Shown here piece after piece: positions 46,812 to 55,741 of a DNA stretch of 64,000 nucleotides. The notes beneath the pieces were generated by a model that saw only the letters and a program-made list of their open reading frames with translations, did no database searches and was not told where the DNA came from. The stretch is taken from NCBI GenBank assembly GCA_964291295.2, contig OZ219754.1, positions 800,001 to 864,000 on the forward strand, given 5' to 3'. A program made the position numbers and the translations under genes. Every line of letters starts with the position of its first letter. Within the stretch, counting starts at the first letter, position 1. This DNA comes from an uncultured Candidatus Binatia bacterium (GTDB taxonomy: Bacteria; Desulfobacterota; Binatia; UBA9968; JAJDTQ01).

Positions 46812-47638
46812 TGCCTGACTTGACGGGTCTCCAGGAGCCCTTTGCCTACGAGTTCTTCCGCAACGGCATGATCGCCGCGGTCATCGTCGGCGCGGTGTGC
46901 GGCTACGTCGGCGTCTACGTGGTGCTCCGGCGCATGAGCTATATCGGCCACGGGCTGGCCCACGCCCTTTTCGGCGGCGCGGTGCTGAGCACCGTGGTGG
47001 GCGTCCATTTCTTCATTGGCGCGGGCGTCTGGGCGCTGGTGAGCGCGGTGCTGATCCACCTCATCAGCCACCGCCGGCTGGTGGGCGCCGATGCCGCCAT
47101 CGGAGTGGTGACCACGGCGAGCTTCGCTCTGGGGGTGGCGGTGGTTTCCAGCTACCGGAAATTCACCCTGGACTTCGAGGCCGCGCTTTTCGGCAACCTG
47201 CTGGGCATCACCCCCCTGGACCTCCGGATCATCGCGGCCACCGCCGCCGTGGTGGTGCTGGTCATGATCGTCATCCGCCATTCGCTCCTGTTCTCGACCT
47301 TCGATCCCGAGGTGGCGCCGGTGTACGGCATTTCCACCAGCCGCACCGAACTGATCTTCATCCTGGTGCTGGCCGTCACCATCGTGGCTTCCACCCGCAT
47401 CCTCGGCGTCACCCTGGTGTCCGCCGCCGTGGTGATCCCACCGGTCATCGGCCGCTACCTGACCCAGCGGTTCCGGACCCTGTTGGTCATCACCCCGATC
47501 ATCGGCGCCCTGTGCGCGGCCTCCGGCATGTATTTGAGCTACTTCATCGACATCTCGTCCGGTGCCATGATCGTCCTCACCTTCGCACTGGTGTTCTTCG
47601 TGGTGGGAGGCCGCCGCTGGCTTCGGCGAAACCGGTAG
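46808..47638 (+). CDS. Metal ABC transporter permease
   Basis: PFAYEFF, IGHGLAHA, LFGNLLG, TFDPE. Confidence 0.9.
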   Translation: MMPDLTGLQEPFAYEFFRNGMIAAVIVGAVCGYVGVYVVLRRMSYIGHGLAHALFGGAVLSTVVGVHFFIGAGVWALVSAVLIHLISHRRLVGADAAIGVVTTASFALGVAVVSSYRKFTLDFEAALFGNLLGITPLDLRIIAATAAVVVLVMIVIRHSLLFSTFDPEVAPVYGISTSRTELIFILVLAVTIVASTRILGVTLVSAAVVIPPVIGRYLTQRFRTLLVITPIIGALCAASGMYLSYFIDISSGAMIVLTFALVFFVVGGRRWLRRNR

Positions 47639-47684
47639 CCGAACGGGAAACCGGCGCCTGCACTCGGCGGTCGATCATGCTTTA

Positions 47685-49187
47685 ATGAAAGAAGGGACAA
47701 GAGATGCTCCGCAGAGGTGGCTGAACTTCATGGACGAGTCGGGAAACAGGACGAGCCTTGCGGCCCGGGTGGTGCGTGCGGCCCGGGTGGGATGTGGAGC
47801 CATGATGGCTGTCGCACTGTGGGCAGTCTTGGCAGGCTGGTCCGTTGCGGCCGCGGCGGAGAGTCCCGGCGGGCTCCGCGACCTGGTCTCGCGCTACCTC
47901 ACGGCGGTGTACGCCAACGACTACGCCGAGGCCTATCAATACCTCTCGCGACCGGACCGCGCGGCCAAGAGCGAGACGGCGTATCTGAGAGAGAACCCCT
48001 CCTTCACCGGCGCGGCCGCGGAACTGGTCCGGGCGCTGGCCGAACGCATCGTGGTGGGGCCGCCGTCTTCCGAGGTTCGCGGCGACAGCGCCACGGTCCG
48101 TTTCACCGTAACCCTTCCCGACGCCAACTCCGAGGCGTTGTCGGAACTCTTCGCCGGTTTCGACAACGACGCGCTGAACCGGCTGACGCCGGCACAGCGC
48201 CGGCACATCCTCGATTCCCTCTATACCATGAGCCGCACCGGCCGCCTTCCCGTCATCCGCGGGGAAGAGTCGCTGGAACTGCTCCGGGAGGACGGCCGCT
48301 GGACCATTTTCCGCAACTGGAGCAACGCCATCCGGGTCCACTTCCACGCCGAGGTCAAGGAGGGCCTGCCCTGGGCCTTCGAGCCAGTGGCGAAACTGGT
48401 GCTGGCACAGCCGGGGGAGACCCTGCACGCCTCCTACCGCGTCCGGAATCTCTCCGACCGAACCGTGAGCGCCAAGGCGCGCCACCTGGATACACCCAAG
48501 GAGGCGGCCGCCAAGTATCTCGAAATCATACAGTGTTTCTGCTTTGTCCAGCAGACCCTGGAACCCGGCCAGGAGAGGGAGCTTCCCCTGGTGTTTCGGG
48601 TCGACTGGGACGTCCCCCGCGAGCACGACGCGTTCCACGTCACCTACCAGTTCTTTCCGAGCGACAAGTTTCCCGATGATGCCGGCCAGGACCGCGCCCC
48701 GCGCGAGGCGGTCCTTGAGATTCGGGTCAAGGACCACCGGAACGCCATCGACGATTTCCGGAGTCTGGGGTTGCGCTTCGGCAAGCTGCGGCTGGCCCCC
48801 GACGCCCGCCTCGGCTCCGCCGATCCCGGCTGGCTGGAACTGGCGCCGCAACTCGACCGCATGGACCTGACCCGCTACAAGGACGGGACGGCGGCGGCAA
48901 CGGTGTACCGGGGCAGCCTCGCGGCCCGGCGCTTTGCCGCGGTGGATCTGCGGATCGACGCCATCCACGGGATTCTCCGCAGCACCGGCGGGCGCGGCGC
49001 GGTCAAGAACGCCGTGCGCCCCATCCGCCTGGACTTCGAACTCAAGCCCGGAGCCACCACGGTGGTGGTCCTGGATCTGGAGCTGCTCGACTTGAGCGAC
49101 CACCCCGGCCGCGGCTACGAACTGCTCCTGAAGGGTTACGAGCTGTATGAAAATGACACTCTGCTCCGGAAGATTCCGCCGGGTTAG
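47685..49187 (+). CDS. Exported multidomain protein with a central CtaG/Cox11 copper-chaperone domain
   Basis: IRVHFHAEV...LPWAFEP...PGET...IQCFCFVQQTLEPG...LPLVFRVD...VTYQFF (Cox11 CFCF motif), flanked by extra N- and C-terminal domains. Start uncertain. Confidence 0.75.
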   Translation: MKEGTRDAPQRWLNFMDESGNRTSLAARVVRAARVGCGAMMAVALWAVLAGWSVAAAAESPGGLRDLVSRYLTAVYANDYAEAYQYLSRPDRAAKSETAYLRENPSFTGAAAELVRALAERIVVGPPSSEVRGDSATVRFTVTLPDANSEALSELFAGFDNDALNRLTPAQRRHILDSLYTMSRTGRLPVIRGEESLELLREDGRWTIFRNWSNAIRVHFHAEVKEGLPWAFEPVAKLVLAQPGETLHASYRVRNLSDRTVSAKARHLDTPKEAAAKYLEIIQCFCFVQQTLEPGQERELPLVFRVDWDVPREHDAFHVTYQFFPSDKFPDDAGQDRAPREAVLEIRVKDHRNAIDDFRSLGLRFGKLRLAPDARLGSADPGWLELAPQLDRMDLTRYKDGTAAATVYRGSLAARRFAAVDLRIDAIHGILRSTGGRGAVKNAVRPIRLDFELKPGATTVVVLDLELLDLSDHPGRGYELLLKGYELYENDTLLRKIPPG

Positions 49188-49265
49188 CGCGATCCCTCCC
49201 GGCCAGGACGCCGCACCGGAGAGTGCGTGCGGAGCCGGCAGGGGGTGCGGCACGAGGTGTGCGGC

Positions 49266-50045
49266 ATGACGCAAGGGCGCTTCGCGATCCAGGTCACCGT
49301 CGGATCGGTGCTGTTCCTCGCCCTCATCGGCTTGGTCATCCACCAGCTCCGCGCACCCGCGGCCTCGCCGCGGCGGCCCGCCCTGGAGCAGCTCCAGCGG
49401 TACGGGCCGGCACCGGACTTCTCGCTGGTGGAACGAAGCGGACGGCCCGTGTCCACCGGCGACCTCAGGGGGCGGGTCTGGATCGCGGACTTCATCTACA
49501 CCAAGTGTCAGGACTCCTGTCCGCTTCAAAGCCGCACCATGGCCGCGCTTCAGGCCGAGTTCCTGGACTACCGGGATCTGCGCCTGGTCTCCATCACCGT
49601 GGATCCGCTCACGGATTCCACCGCCCTGCTGTCACAATACGCCGACCGCTACGGCGCCGACACCGAACGCTGGCTGTTCCTCACCGGCGAGGTCCGGGAC
49701 ATCCGGCGTATCGTGCAGGACGGCTTTCGCCTGAGCGCCGCCCCGGTGGACGGCCAGACCCTTGATCCCGTGCTGTTCCACAGCGCCCGCTTCGTGCTCG
49801 TGGACCGGGACGGCGAGATCCGCGGCTATTACGACAGCACCGACCCGCAGGCGTTGGACCGCCTGCGGGAGAACGCCCGACGCCTGTTGGCGGACAAGCC
49901 CCGGGAGCCGGCGCCGCAGAACAGTGTCGTGGGGCAGAGGGGGCAGCGAGCTGCCGGAGCGCCCGCGGGCGCCCAATCGTTGAAGATCCTCTTGTCCGAA
50001 CCGGGAACCACCGGGGAGAGAAGGAGATCCGACGATGTATCCTGA
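49266..50045 (+). CDS. SCO family copper chaperone
   Basis: APDFSL, FIYTKCQDSCP, ITVDP, FHSARFVLVD. Confidence 0.9.
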   Translation: MTQGRFAIQVTVGSVLFLALIGLVIHQLRAPAASPRRPALEQLQRYGPAPDFSLVERSGRPVSTGDLRGRVWIADFIYTKCQDSCPLQSRTMAALQAEFLDYRDLRLVSITVDPLTDSTALLSQYADRYGADTERWLFLTGEVRDIRRIVQDGFRLSAAPVDGQTLDPVLFHSARFVLVDRDGEIRGYYDSTDPQALDRLRENARRLLADKPREPAPQNSVVGQRGQRAAGAPAGAQSLKILLSEPGTTGERRRSDDVS

Positions 50046-50283
50046 AACCGCGCTCGTCCTGGCGATCCTCTGGTGTGGCACCTGCGGCATTGTGGCGTGG
50101 TGCATTGACCGGTCGGGCAAGGCCGTGGCGATGGGGATCATCGGCGGGCCGGTCGGCTTGTGGCTGGTGCTGCTGATGGTTCGCGGCGCGGAACTCGTCA
50201 AGGAGAAGCTGCGCGAACCCGAAACCGGACTGACCGAGACCTGGCCGACCAGGAGCGGACCGGACAACCTTGAGTGGGGCTGA
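50035..50283 (+). CDS. Small membrane protein
   Basis: AGGAG RBS; two hydrophobic segments. Confidence 0.5.
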   Translation: MYPETALVLAILWCGTCGIVAWCIDRSGKAVAMGIIGGPVGLWLVLLMVRGAELVKEKLREPETGLTETWPTRSGPDNLEWG

Positions 50284-50537
50284 ACGCCTTCCCGGTCCGG
50301 GGACCCCTGCCCATGACCAGCGGTGGCGGAGCGGAATCCGGGTCCAACAATGGATCGCGGCGGAAAATTGCCGGCATCCTGGACGAGAATCCGGACATCC
50401 GCCCCCGCCGGCCGCATCCTGAAGCGTCCCGCGGCACACACTTCCGGGGTCGCGCTGTTGTCCTGGAATTCCGGAGTCTGATAGATTTGGCGCGAACGTG
50501 ACCAGCGGCGGGGCGCCGGACCGACCGAGGAGAGACC

Positions 50538-51422
50538 ATGGCCAAGGCAAACAAGAAGAAGGCGGGGCGCGGACCAAGGCAGCAGGCGCCGCCGGCTCCG
50601 CCAGGTCCGGACTGGGTGGTTCTGGCCTTGGCCGTGGTGGGGCTGGTGCTGGCGGGGTATCTGACCGCCACCGCGTGGTCGGGCGAGAAGGCCGCCTTTT
50701 GCGAGGCGGGCGCCGACTGCGACATCGTTCTGCACAGCCGCTGGTCGGTGCTGCTGGGCCTGCCGACATCCCTCTGGGGTTTCTTCGTCTATGCAGTGCT
50801 GGCGGCCGCGGCCTTCAGCAAGCGCCGGAGCCGGCGCTGGAAGCTCACCGTCGCGGTTTCGCTCTTCGGCGTCGGCTACAGCGTCTATCTCACGGCCATT
50901 TCCCTGTTTCGGCTGGAGGCGGCCTGCCCGTACTGCCTGACCTCCCTGGGGCTGCTTGCGGCCATCCTGGCGGTCACCCTGTTCCGGATACCGCAGGTGA
51001 GCCGGCGGCTGGCATGGCAGCCCTGGCTGGGCTCGAGCGTCGCGGCCACCGCGGTGGCAGTGGTGGCGCTGCATCTGGTCTTCTATTCGGGCACCACCGT
51101 GGTGGCCTCGGACAAGGAGGATCCCTGGATACGAGAGCTGGCCCTTCACCTGGAGAAGAGCGGCGTCAAGATGTACGGGGCGTTCTGGTGTCCCGCCTGC
51201 GAGAACCAGAAGGAACTGTTCGGGGCCTCCGCCCACCGCATCCCTTACATCGAATGCAGCCCCGCCGGCCGCAACGGCCCCACCGCCAACAAGTGTCTGG
51301 CGGCCGGGGTCCGTTCCTATCCCACATGGTTGATAAAGGGCCGCCGGCACACCGGCGTGCTGACACCGGCGGCACTGGCGGAACACGCCGGCTTTGCCGG
51401 CGTCCAGGACACGCGCGGCTGA
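50538..51422 (+). CDS. VKOR-thioredoxin fusion (disulfide-bond formation)
   Basis: FCEAGADC, CPYC in the membrane domain, YGAFWCPAC...YIEC...YPTW thioredoxin-like domain. Confidence 0.92.
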   Translation: MAKANKKKAGRGPRQQAPPAPPGPDWVVLALAVVGLVLAGYLTATAWSGEKAAFCEAGADCDIVLHSRWSVLLGLPTSLWGFFVYAVLAAAAFSKRRSRRWKLTVAVSLFGVGYSVYLTAISLFRLEAACPYCLTSLGLLAAILAVTLFRIPQVSRRLAWQPWLGSSVAATAVAVVALHLVFYSGTTVVASDKEDPWIRELALHLEKSGVKMYGAFWCPACENQKELFGASAHRIPYIECSPAGRNGPTANKCLAAGVRSYPTWLIKGRRHTGVLTPAALAEHAGFAGVQDTRG

Positions 51423-51716
51423 TGCGCCGCTCCGTCATCGGCCTGCCGCGCTGCGGCTCATGGCGGCGACCCCGGCCTGGAGCAACTCCGGCGGCTCTCT
51501 GCAGGCAGGGTCACCGCGACATGCGGGTATTGTACCAGGGGCTTCCGGGCTGGATCGAAAAAGGCTGACCCATGACCGGCGGGTACCCTGCGGGACTCGC
51601 CGCCCGGGGCCGGCAGGCGGACGATGGCCGCCGCCACGCCTGGATTCCCGCCAGCGCACGGCGGCGGCGCAGGTTCGCAAGGCTGTCTTTACCGGACTTG
51701 TGTGCGGTCGGCTCCC

Positions 51717-52547
51717 GTGTCGAGAATCATTACCCTGACCACCGATTTCGGCTACCGGGACCCCTTCGTCGGGATCATGAAGGGAGTGATCGGCTCCATC
51801 GACCCCGGTGCCGCCGTCATCGATCTGACCCACGGCGTGGCGCCCCAGGATGTCACCGGCGGCGCGCTGGCGCTGGCGGCCGCCGTGGATTTCTTCCCAG
51901 CGGGCACCATCCACGTGGCGGTGGTGGATCCGGGGGTGGGAAGCGCCCGGCCCCCCATCCTCGTGGAAACCGACCGCGCCTGCTACGTCGGCCCGGACAA
52001 CGGACTCGTGAGCCTGGCGGCGGACCGGCAGGAGTTGCGCCGCGTCATCCACCTCACCCGTTCCGAATATCACCTGCACCCCTCCAGCAACACGTTCCAC
52101 GGCCGGGACATCTTCGCCCCGGTGGCCGCCCACCTCGCCGCCGGGGTTCCCCCCGAGAAGCTCGGCGAGGCCGTCAAGGACTTGAAGACCCTGGCCCTGC
52201 CAACCCCGGAACGGCGCGGCGGCAACCGCCTGCTCGGCGAGGTGATCCATGTGGACGGCTTCGGCAATCTCGCCACCAACATCCGGCGCGGGGACCTGGA
52301 CGGGTTCGACCCGCGGCACATGACGGTCCGTATCGGCGACACCCTGGTGCGCGGCATTTCGACCCACTACGCCGACGCCGGAGCCGGCAACTATCTCGCC
52401 CTGATCAACAGCTGGGATCGGCTCGAGATATCCCGCTGCAACGGCAACGCCCAGGCCGGCCTCGGTGCCGGGGTCGGCACGCGCGTGCTGCTGGACAGGA
52501 CGCCATGGCCGCGAGTACGCGGGCGTCGAACATCCGCGCCGGCTTGA
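51717..52547 (+). CDS. SAM hydroxide adenosyltransferase (DUF62; chlorinase/fluorinase superfamily)
   Basis: IITLTTDFG, VVDPGVG, GPDNG, TFHGRDIFAP, DGFGN. Confidence 0.92.
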   Translation: MSRIITLTTDFGYRDPFVGIMKGVIGSIDPGAAVIDLTHGVAPQDVTGGALALAAAVDFFPAGTIHVAVVDPGVGSARPPILVETDRACYVGPDNGLVSLAADRQELRRVIHLTRSEYHLHPSSNTFHGRDIFAPVAAHLAAGVPPEKLGEAVKDLKTLALPTPERRGGNRLLGEVIHVDGFGNLATNIRRGDLDGFDPRHMTVRIGDTLVRGISTHYADAGAGNYLALINSWDRLEISRCNGNAQAGLGAGVGTRVLLDRTPWPRVRGRRTSAPA

Positions 52548-52697
52548 TGAGTGCCGCGGTACGAAGGGCCTGCGCGGTATGGTATCCTTGCCGACCGGCA
52601 GCGCGGGCTTGCCAAGTAGTCCCCCGTCGGTGCACGTCCACCGTTTTCGGTCCGGCATTCTCCAACGGGCGCCGGCGGCAAGGCTGCGGAGGTGGCG

Positions 52698-53156
52698 ATG
52701 GCAGACGGCAGGCTGAGCTGGGATCAGTACTTCATGACCATCACGCGGCAAGTGGCGGAGCGCTCCACCTGCACCCGCGCCAAGGTCGGCGCCACCATCG
52801 TCCGGGACCGGAGCATCCTGGCCACGGGCTACAACGGCTCACCCGCGGGCATGCCCCACTGCACGGAGGTGGGCTGCCTCATCTACGAATCCAGGAACCC
52901 GGACGGGGCCATCGAGCAGAACTGCTTCCGCACCATTCACGCGGAGATCAACGCCATCGCCCAGGCCGCCAAGAACGGCGCCAGCATCCAGGGCGCCTCC
53001 ATCTACATCACCCACACCCCGTGCATTCACTGTCTCAAGGTTCTGGTGAACACCGGGATCGGCGACATCTACTACGAGAAGCCCTACAAGCTCGATACCG
53101 TATCGGACATCCTGGAGCACACGGGCGTCAGGCTGCACGCGGTCGCCATGCCGTGA
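52698..53156 (+). CDS. dCMP deaminase (ComEB-like)
   Basis: SWDQYF, RSTC, TGYNG, HAE, PCIHC. Confidence 0.92.
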   Translation: MADGRLSWDQYFMTITRQVAERSTCTRAKVGATIVRDRSILATGYNGSPAGMPHCTEVGCLIYESRNPDGAIEQNCFRTIHAEINAIAQAAKNGASIQGASIYITHTPCIHCLKVLVNTGIGDIYYEKPYKLDTVSDILEHTGVRLHAVAMP

Positions 53157-53260
53157 GGAGTCCCCGGGCCGGCCCCGGCTCGGTCTCCGCTGCCGCGGCA
53201 ATGAAGGGCCGGGGGGAGGCCAGTGCGCGGGTGCGGCGGACACCGGGATCGTGCCTGGTT

Positions 53261-53303
53261 GAAAAGAAAGAGGCAGGGGCCGCGCTGGCGATCCCTGCCT
53301 CTT
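53261..53303 (-). terminator. Rho-independent terminator of the atp F0 operon
   Basis: AAGAGGCAGGG / CCCTGCCTCTT stem followed on the minus strand by a T-rich tail. Confidence 0.7.
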
Positions 53304-53346
53304 CCGGTGTCGCGGAACCGCGCGTGCGCATGCGCGGCGATTGGCC

Positions 53347-53673
53347 TCAAACCTTGCCCGCGAGGATGAAGGCGATGATCAGGGCATAGATGCCCAGCGC
53401 CTCGATGAGGGCCAGGGACAGGATCAACGGAGTGAAGATCTTGTCGGCTGAGTTGGGGTTGCGGCCGATGCTTTCCATGGCCGCACCGCCCACCCGGCCC
53501 TGGGCGAGCGCGCAACCGAACGCGGCGATGGCGATGCCAAGGCCTGCGCCCAGTGCAATGATGCCCGGGACCATGTTGGTCGAGCCGCCCGCCGCAGCGT
53601 CCGCCGCAGCGGCCACTCCGGACAGGATCAGCAGGAGAAGTCCCGTGAGTACAAAGGCTGTGAACTGCTTCAT
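53347..53673 (-). CDS. atpE: ATP synthase F0 subunit c
   Basis: GAGLG...QG...GRNP...LALIEAL; N-terminal signal-like extension. Confidence 0.95.
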   Translation of the reverse strand: MKQFTAFVLTGLLLLILSGVAAAADAAAGGSTNMVPGIIALGAGLGIAIAAFGCALAQGRVGGAAMESIGRNPNSADKIFTPLILSLALIEALGIYALIIAFILAGKV

Positions 53674-53748
53674 CTGTTTCCTCCTTTCCGGCGCCGCGGT
53701 TCCCGGCCTGCCTCTCCTCATCATCCTCTCCACGTGCCGCCGCCGCGC

Positions 53749-54450
53749 TCAATGATCATGGCTCAACGCCAGGGATGCATAGATCATGCTCAACAGGGTG
53801 AACACGAAGGCCTGGATCACGGAGACCAAGGCCCCCAAAAGATAGAACAGCACCGGGATCACCACATAGGTGAGGCCGGTGAAGATCTCCACCACCAGGT
53901 GGTCGGCGAACATGTTGAAGGCCAGCCGCAAGCCCAACGTGAGCGGCCGGAACATGTGGGAGAACACCTCGATGAGGAAGAACAGCGGTGCGATCACCAG
54001 GAACGGTCCCATGAACTGCCCGAGGTAGCCGCGGCCGTGCTCGCGGATGCCGAAATAGTGATAGGCGCCGAAGGAGACGAGCCCCAGACCCAGGGTGATG
54101 TTCAGATTGCTGGTGGGGGGCGAGAAGCCCGGCACCAGCCCGATGAAGTTGGACAGCAGGATGAAGATGAAGAAGGTCCCGTAAAGGGAAAGATAGCGTC
54201 GGCCCTTCTGGCCGATGATGCTGTCGCTCAAGCCCGTCACGAATTCGATCAGCAGCTCGAAGATGTTCACCAGCGTGATGCGGTCGCTGGGGATCACCGC
54301 GTCATGGCTGTCCAGCAGGCGGCGCCGGACGCCCAGCGCCAGGCAAACCAGCAGCACCATGCTCACCAGCGAGAAGAAGAGTTGCAGGGGCAACACGCCC
54401 TGCAGCGACGCGGGCAACAGATCGTACCAAGTGAATGGATGATGTCCCAT
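53749..54450 (-). CDS. atpB: ATP synthase F0 subunit a
   Basis: PPTSN, RPLTLGLRLAFNMFADH, IQAFVFTLL. Confidence 0.96.
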   Translation of the reverse strand: MGHHPFTWYDLLPASLQGVLPLQLFFSLVSMVLLVCLALGVRRRLLDSHDAVIPSDRITLVNIFELLIEFVTGLSDSIIGQKGRRYLSLYGTFFIFILLSNFIGLVPGFSPPTSNLNITLGLGLVSFGAYHYFGIREHGRGYLGQFMGPFLVIAPLFFLIEVFSHMFRPLTLGLRLAFNMFADHLVVEIFTGLTYVVIPVLFYLLGALVSVIQAFVFTLLSMIYASLALSHDH

Positions 54451-54476
54451 CTTGCTTGCTCAACCTTGCTTGCTTT

Positions 54477-54857
54477 TCAACCTTGCCTGCTCAGCATCGT
54501 ATCGTAGAGTCGATCCCACAGAAATGCCAGGATCAGGCAGTTCACTCCCACGGCGAAGGACAGCGCGTCCGGCGCGACCTTGGTCAACAGCACCCACGAA
54601 GCGCCCAGCAGGAAGCCGAACTTCAGGATCAGCAGCGCCACTCCCGCGCGAATCCTTCCCTTGCTCGCGAACGGGGCCAGGAGCCGGCGGACGCCCGCCG
54701 CCAGGAGCAGGAAGTTGACGCCCATGAACAGTCCGCCCAGCAGCAGTCCGCCCGGCTCGATCCACTCCAGCGGCACCAGCGCCAAGCAGGCCAGCACCAG
54801 GAGTCCATGCCAGAGTTCCACCCGCAACACGGGCAGACCGTGAGCTTCCCAACTCAT
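54477..54857 (-). CDS. atpI: ATP synthase I chain
   Basis: Four hydrophobic segments, GG..MGVNF, LKF; directly upstream of atpB. Confidence 0.75.
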   Translation of the reverse strand: MSWEAHGLPVLRVELWHGLLVLACLALVPLEWIEPGGLLLGGLFMGVNFLLLAAGVRRLLAPFASKGRIRAGVALLILKFGFLLGASWVLLTKVAPDALSFAVGVNCLILAFLWDRLYDTMLSRQG

Positions 54858-55114
54858 TTCCGCTCCGCCGAGAAGTGCCGCAACAGCATCACCAGGCGGT
54901 AGAAAGCGAGCGCCAAGCCAAGCAGGCCCAGCACCAGGACCATCCACGGCGAGGTGCCGAGGTACTGGTCGGCGAAGTAGCCCAGAACCAGACCGGCTCC
55001 CACCGTGGAGGGAAATTCAAAGCCCACCGCCGTGTACTTGGCGGCGCGAAAAAGAAACGGACCCCTTGAAGGGTCCCCTGGGGACGGTCCGTTCCCTCCT
55101 TCGGGTGTTCCCAT
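54854..55114 (-). CDS. AtpZ/AtpI family protein
   Basis: VGFEF...GYFADQYLGTSPW motif. Confidence 0.8.
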   Translation of the reverse strand: MGTPEGGNGPSPGDPSRGPFLFRAAKYTAVGFEFPSTVGAGLVLGYFADQYLGTSPWMVLVLGLLGLALAFYRLVMLLRHFSAERK

Positions 55115-55124
55115 CGGGTCCCGG

Positions 55125-55547
55125 TTAGTAGCCCATGCAGTCCAAATAGACTTCCCTGGCCGCCGGGTGCTGGGTGCAACGGATCGTCCGCTCAATATTC
55201 TCAAGGGCGTTGTTGCGCCGACGCTCTTCCTGCTGGCGGAGTTCCTCCTCCCACGACCTGCGCCACTCCATCTTGCGCCTGTTCTTCTCCTGCTGCAGCT
55301 GCTCCAAGAGCCGGACATTCTCCCGCTGCAGCCGCTCCAAGCGCCGATCCTTCTCCCTGCCTATCTCCCCAACCGTCGGGGCCGTCCACTGCTGGGTCCG
55401 CCACTGCTGCGCTGCCGGGGCTGGGTACCACTGCGGTTCTACCGGGTCCACTGGCGCTGCCGGGTCCACGGGGTCCGTATATAACTGCGCCGCCACCGGC
55501 TCAGCCAAGGCGACGCTCACCAAGGCCGCAAGAACCAAATGCCTCAT
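55125..55547 (-). CDS. Hypothetical secreted protein with Pro-rich repeats and a coiled coil
   Basis: Signal peptide MRHLVLAALVSVALAEPVAAQ; DPVDP/PVDPVEP and QQW repeats; two C-terminal Cys; purine-rich RBS. Confidence 0.7.
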   Translation of the reverse strand: MRHLVLAALVSVALAEPVAAQLYTDPVDPAAPVDPVEPQWYPAPAAQQWRTQQWTAPTVGEIGREKDRRLERLQRENVRLLEQLQQEKNRRKMEWRRSWEEELRQQEERRRNNALENIERTIRCTQHPAAREVYLDCMGY

Positions 55548-55741
55548 CCCTCTCTCCTTTCGGTTAGCGGCCAGCCAATACTGCCTCGGAAACTCTGCCT
55601 CAGCAACTATCCAAAGTTCGCGCATCCACGGCTCTCGCTCTTGTCCAGCCTCCCTCAAGAACTTCGGGAACTCCCTTGCGTGACACCTCCGGATTCCTTT
55701 GCCCGCTGGGGAGATGTTACTAGCACGCGGCCCGCGGCCGG

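Noticed and set aside
51717-52547. Fluorinase/chlorinase (halogenation) activity
   Set aside because: TFHGRD and the housekeeping context fit the widespread DUF62 SAM hydrolase; no biosynthetic cluster is nearby.
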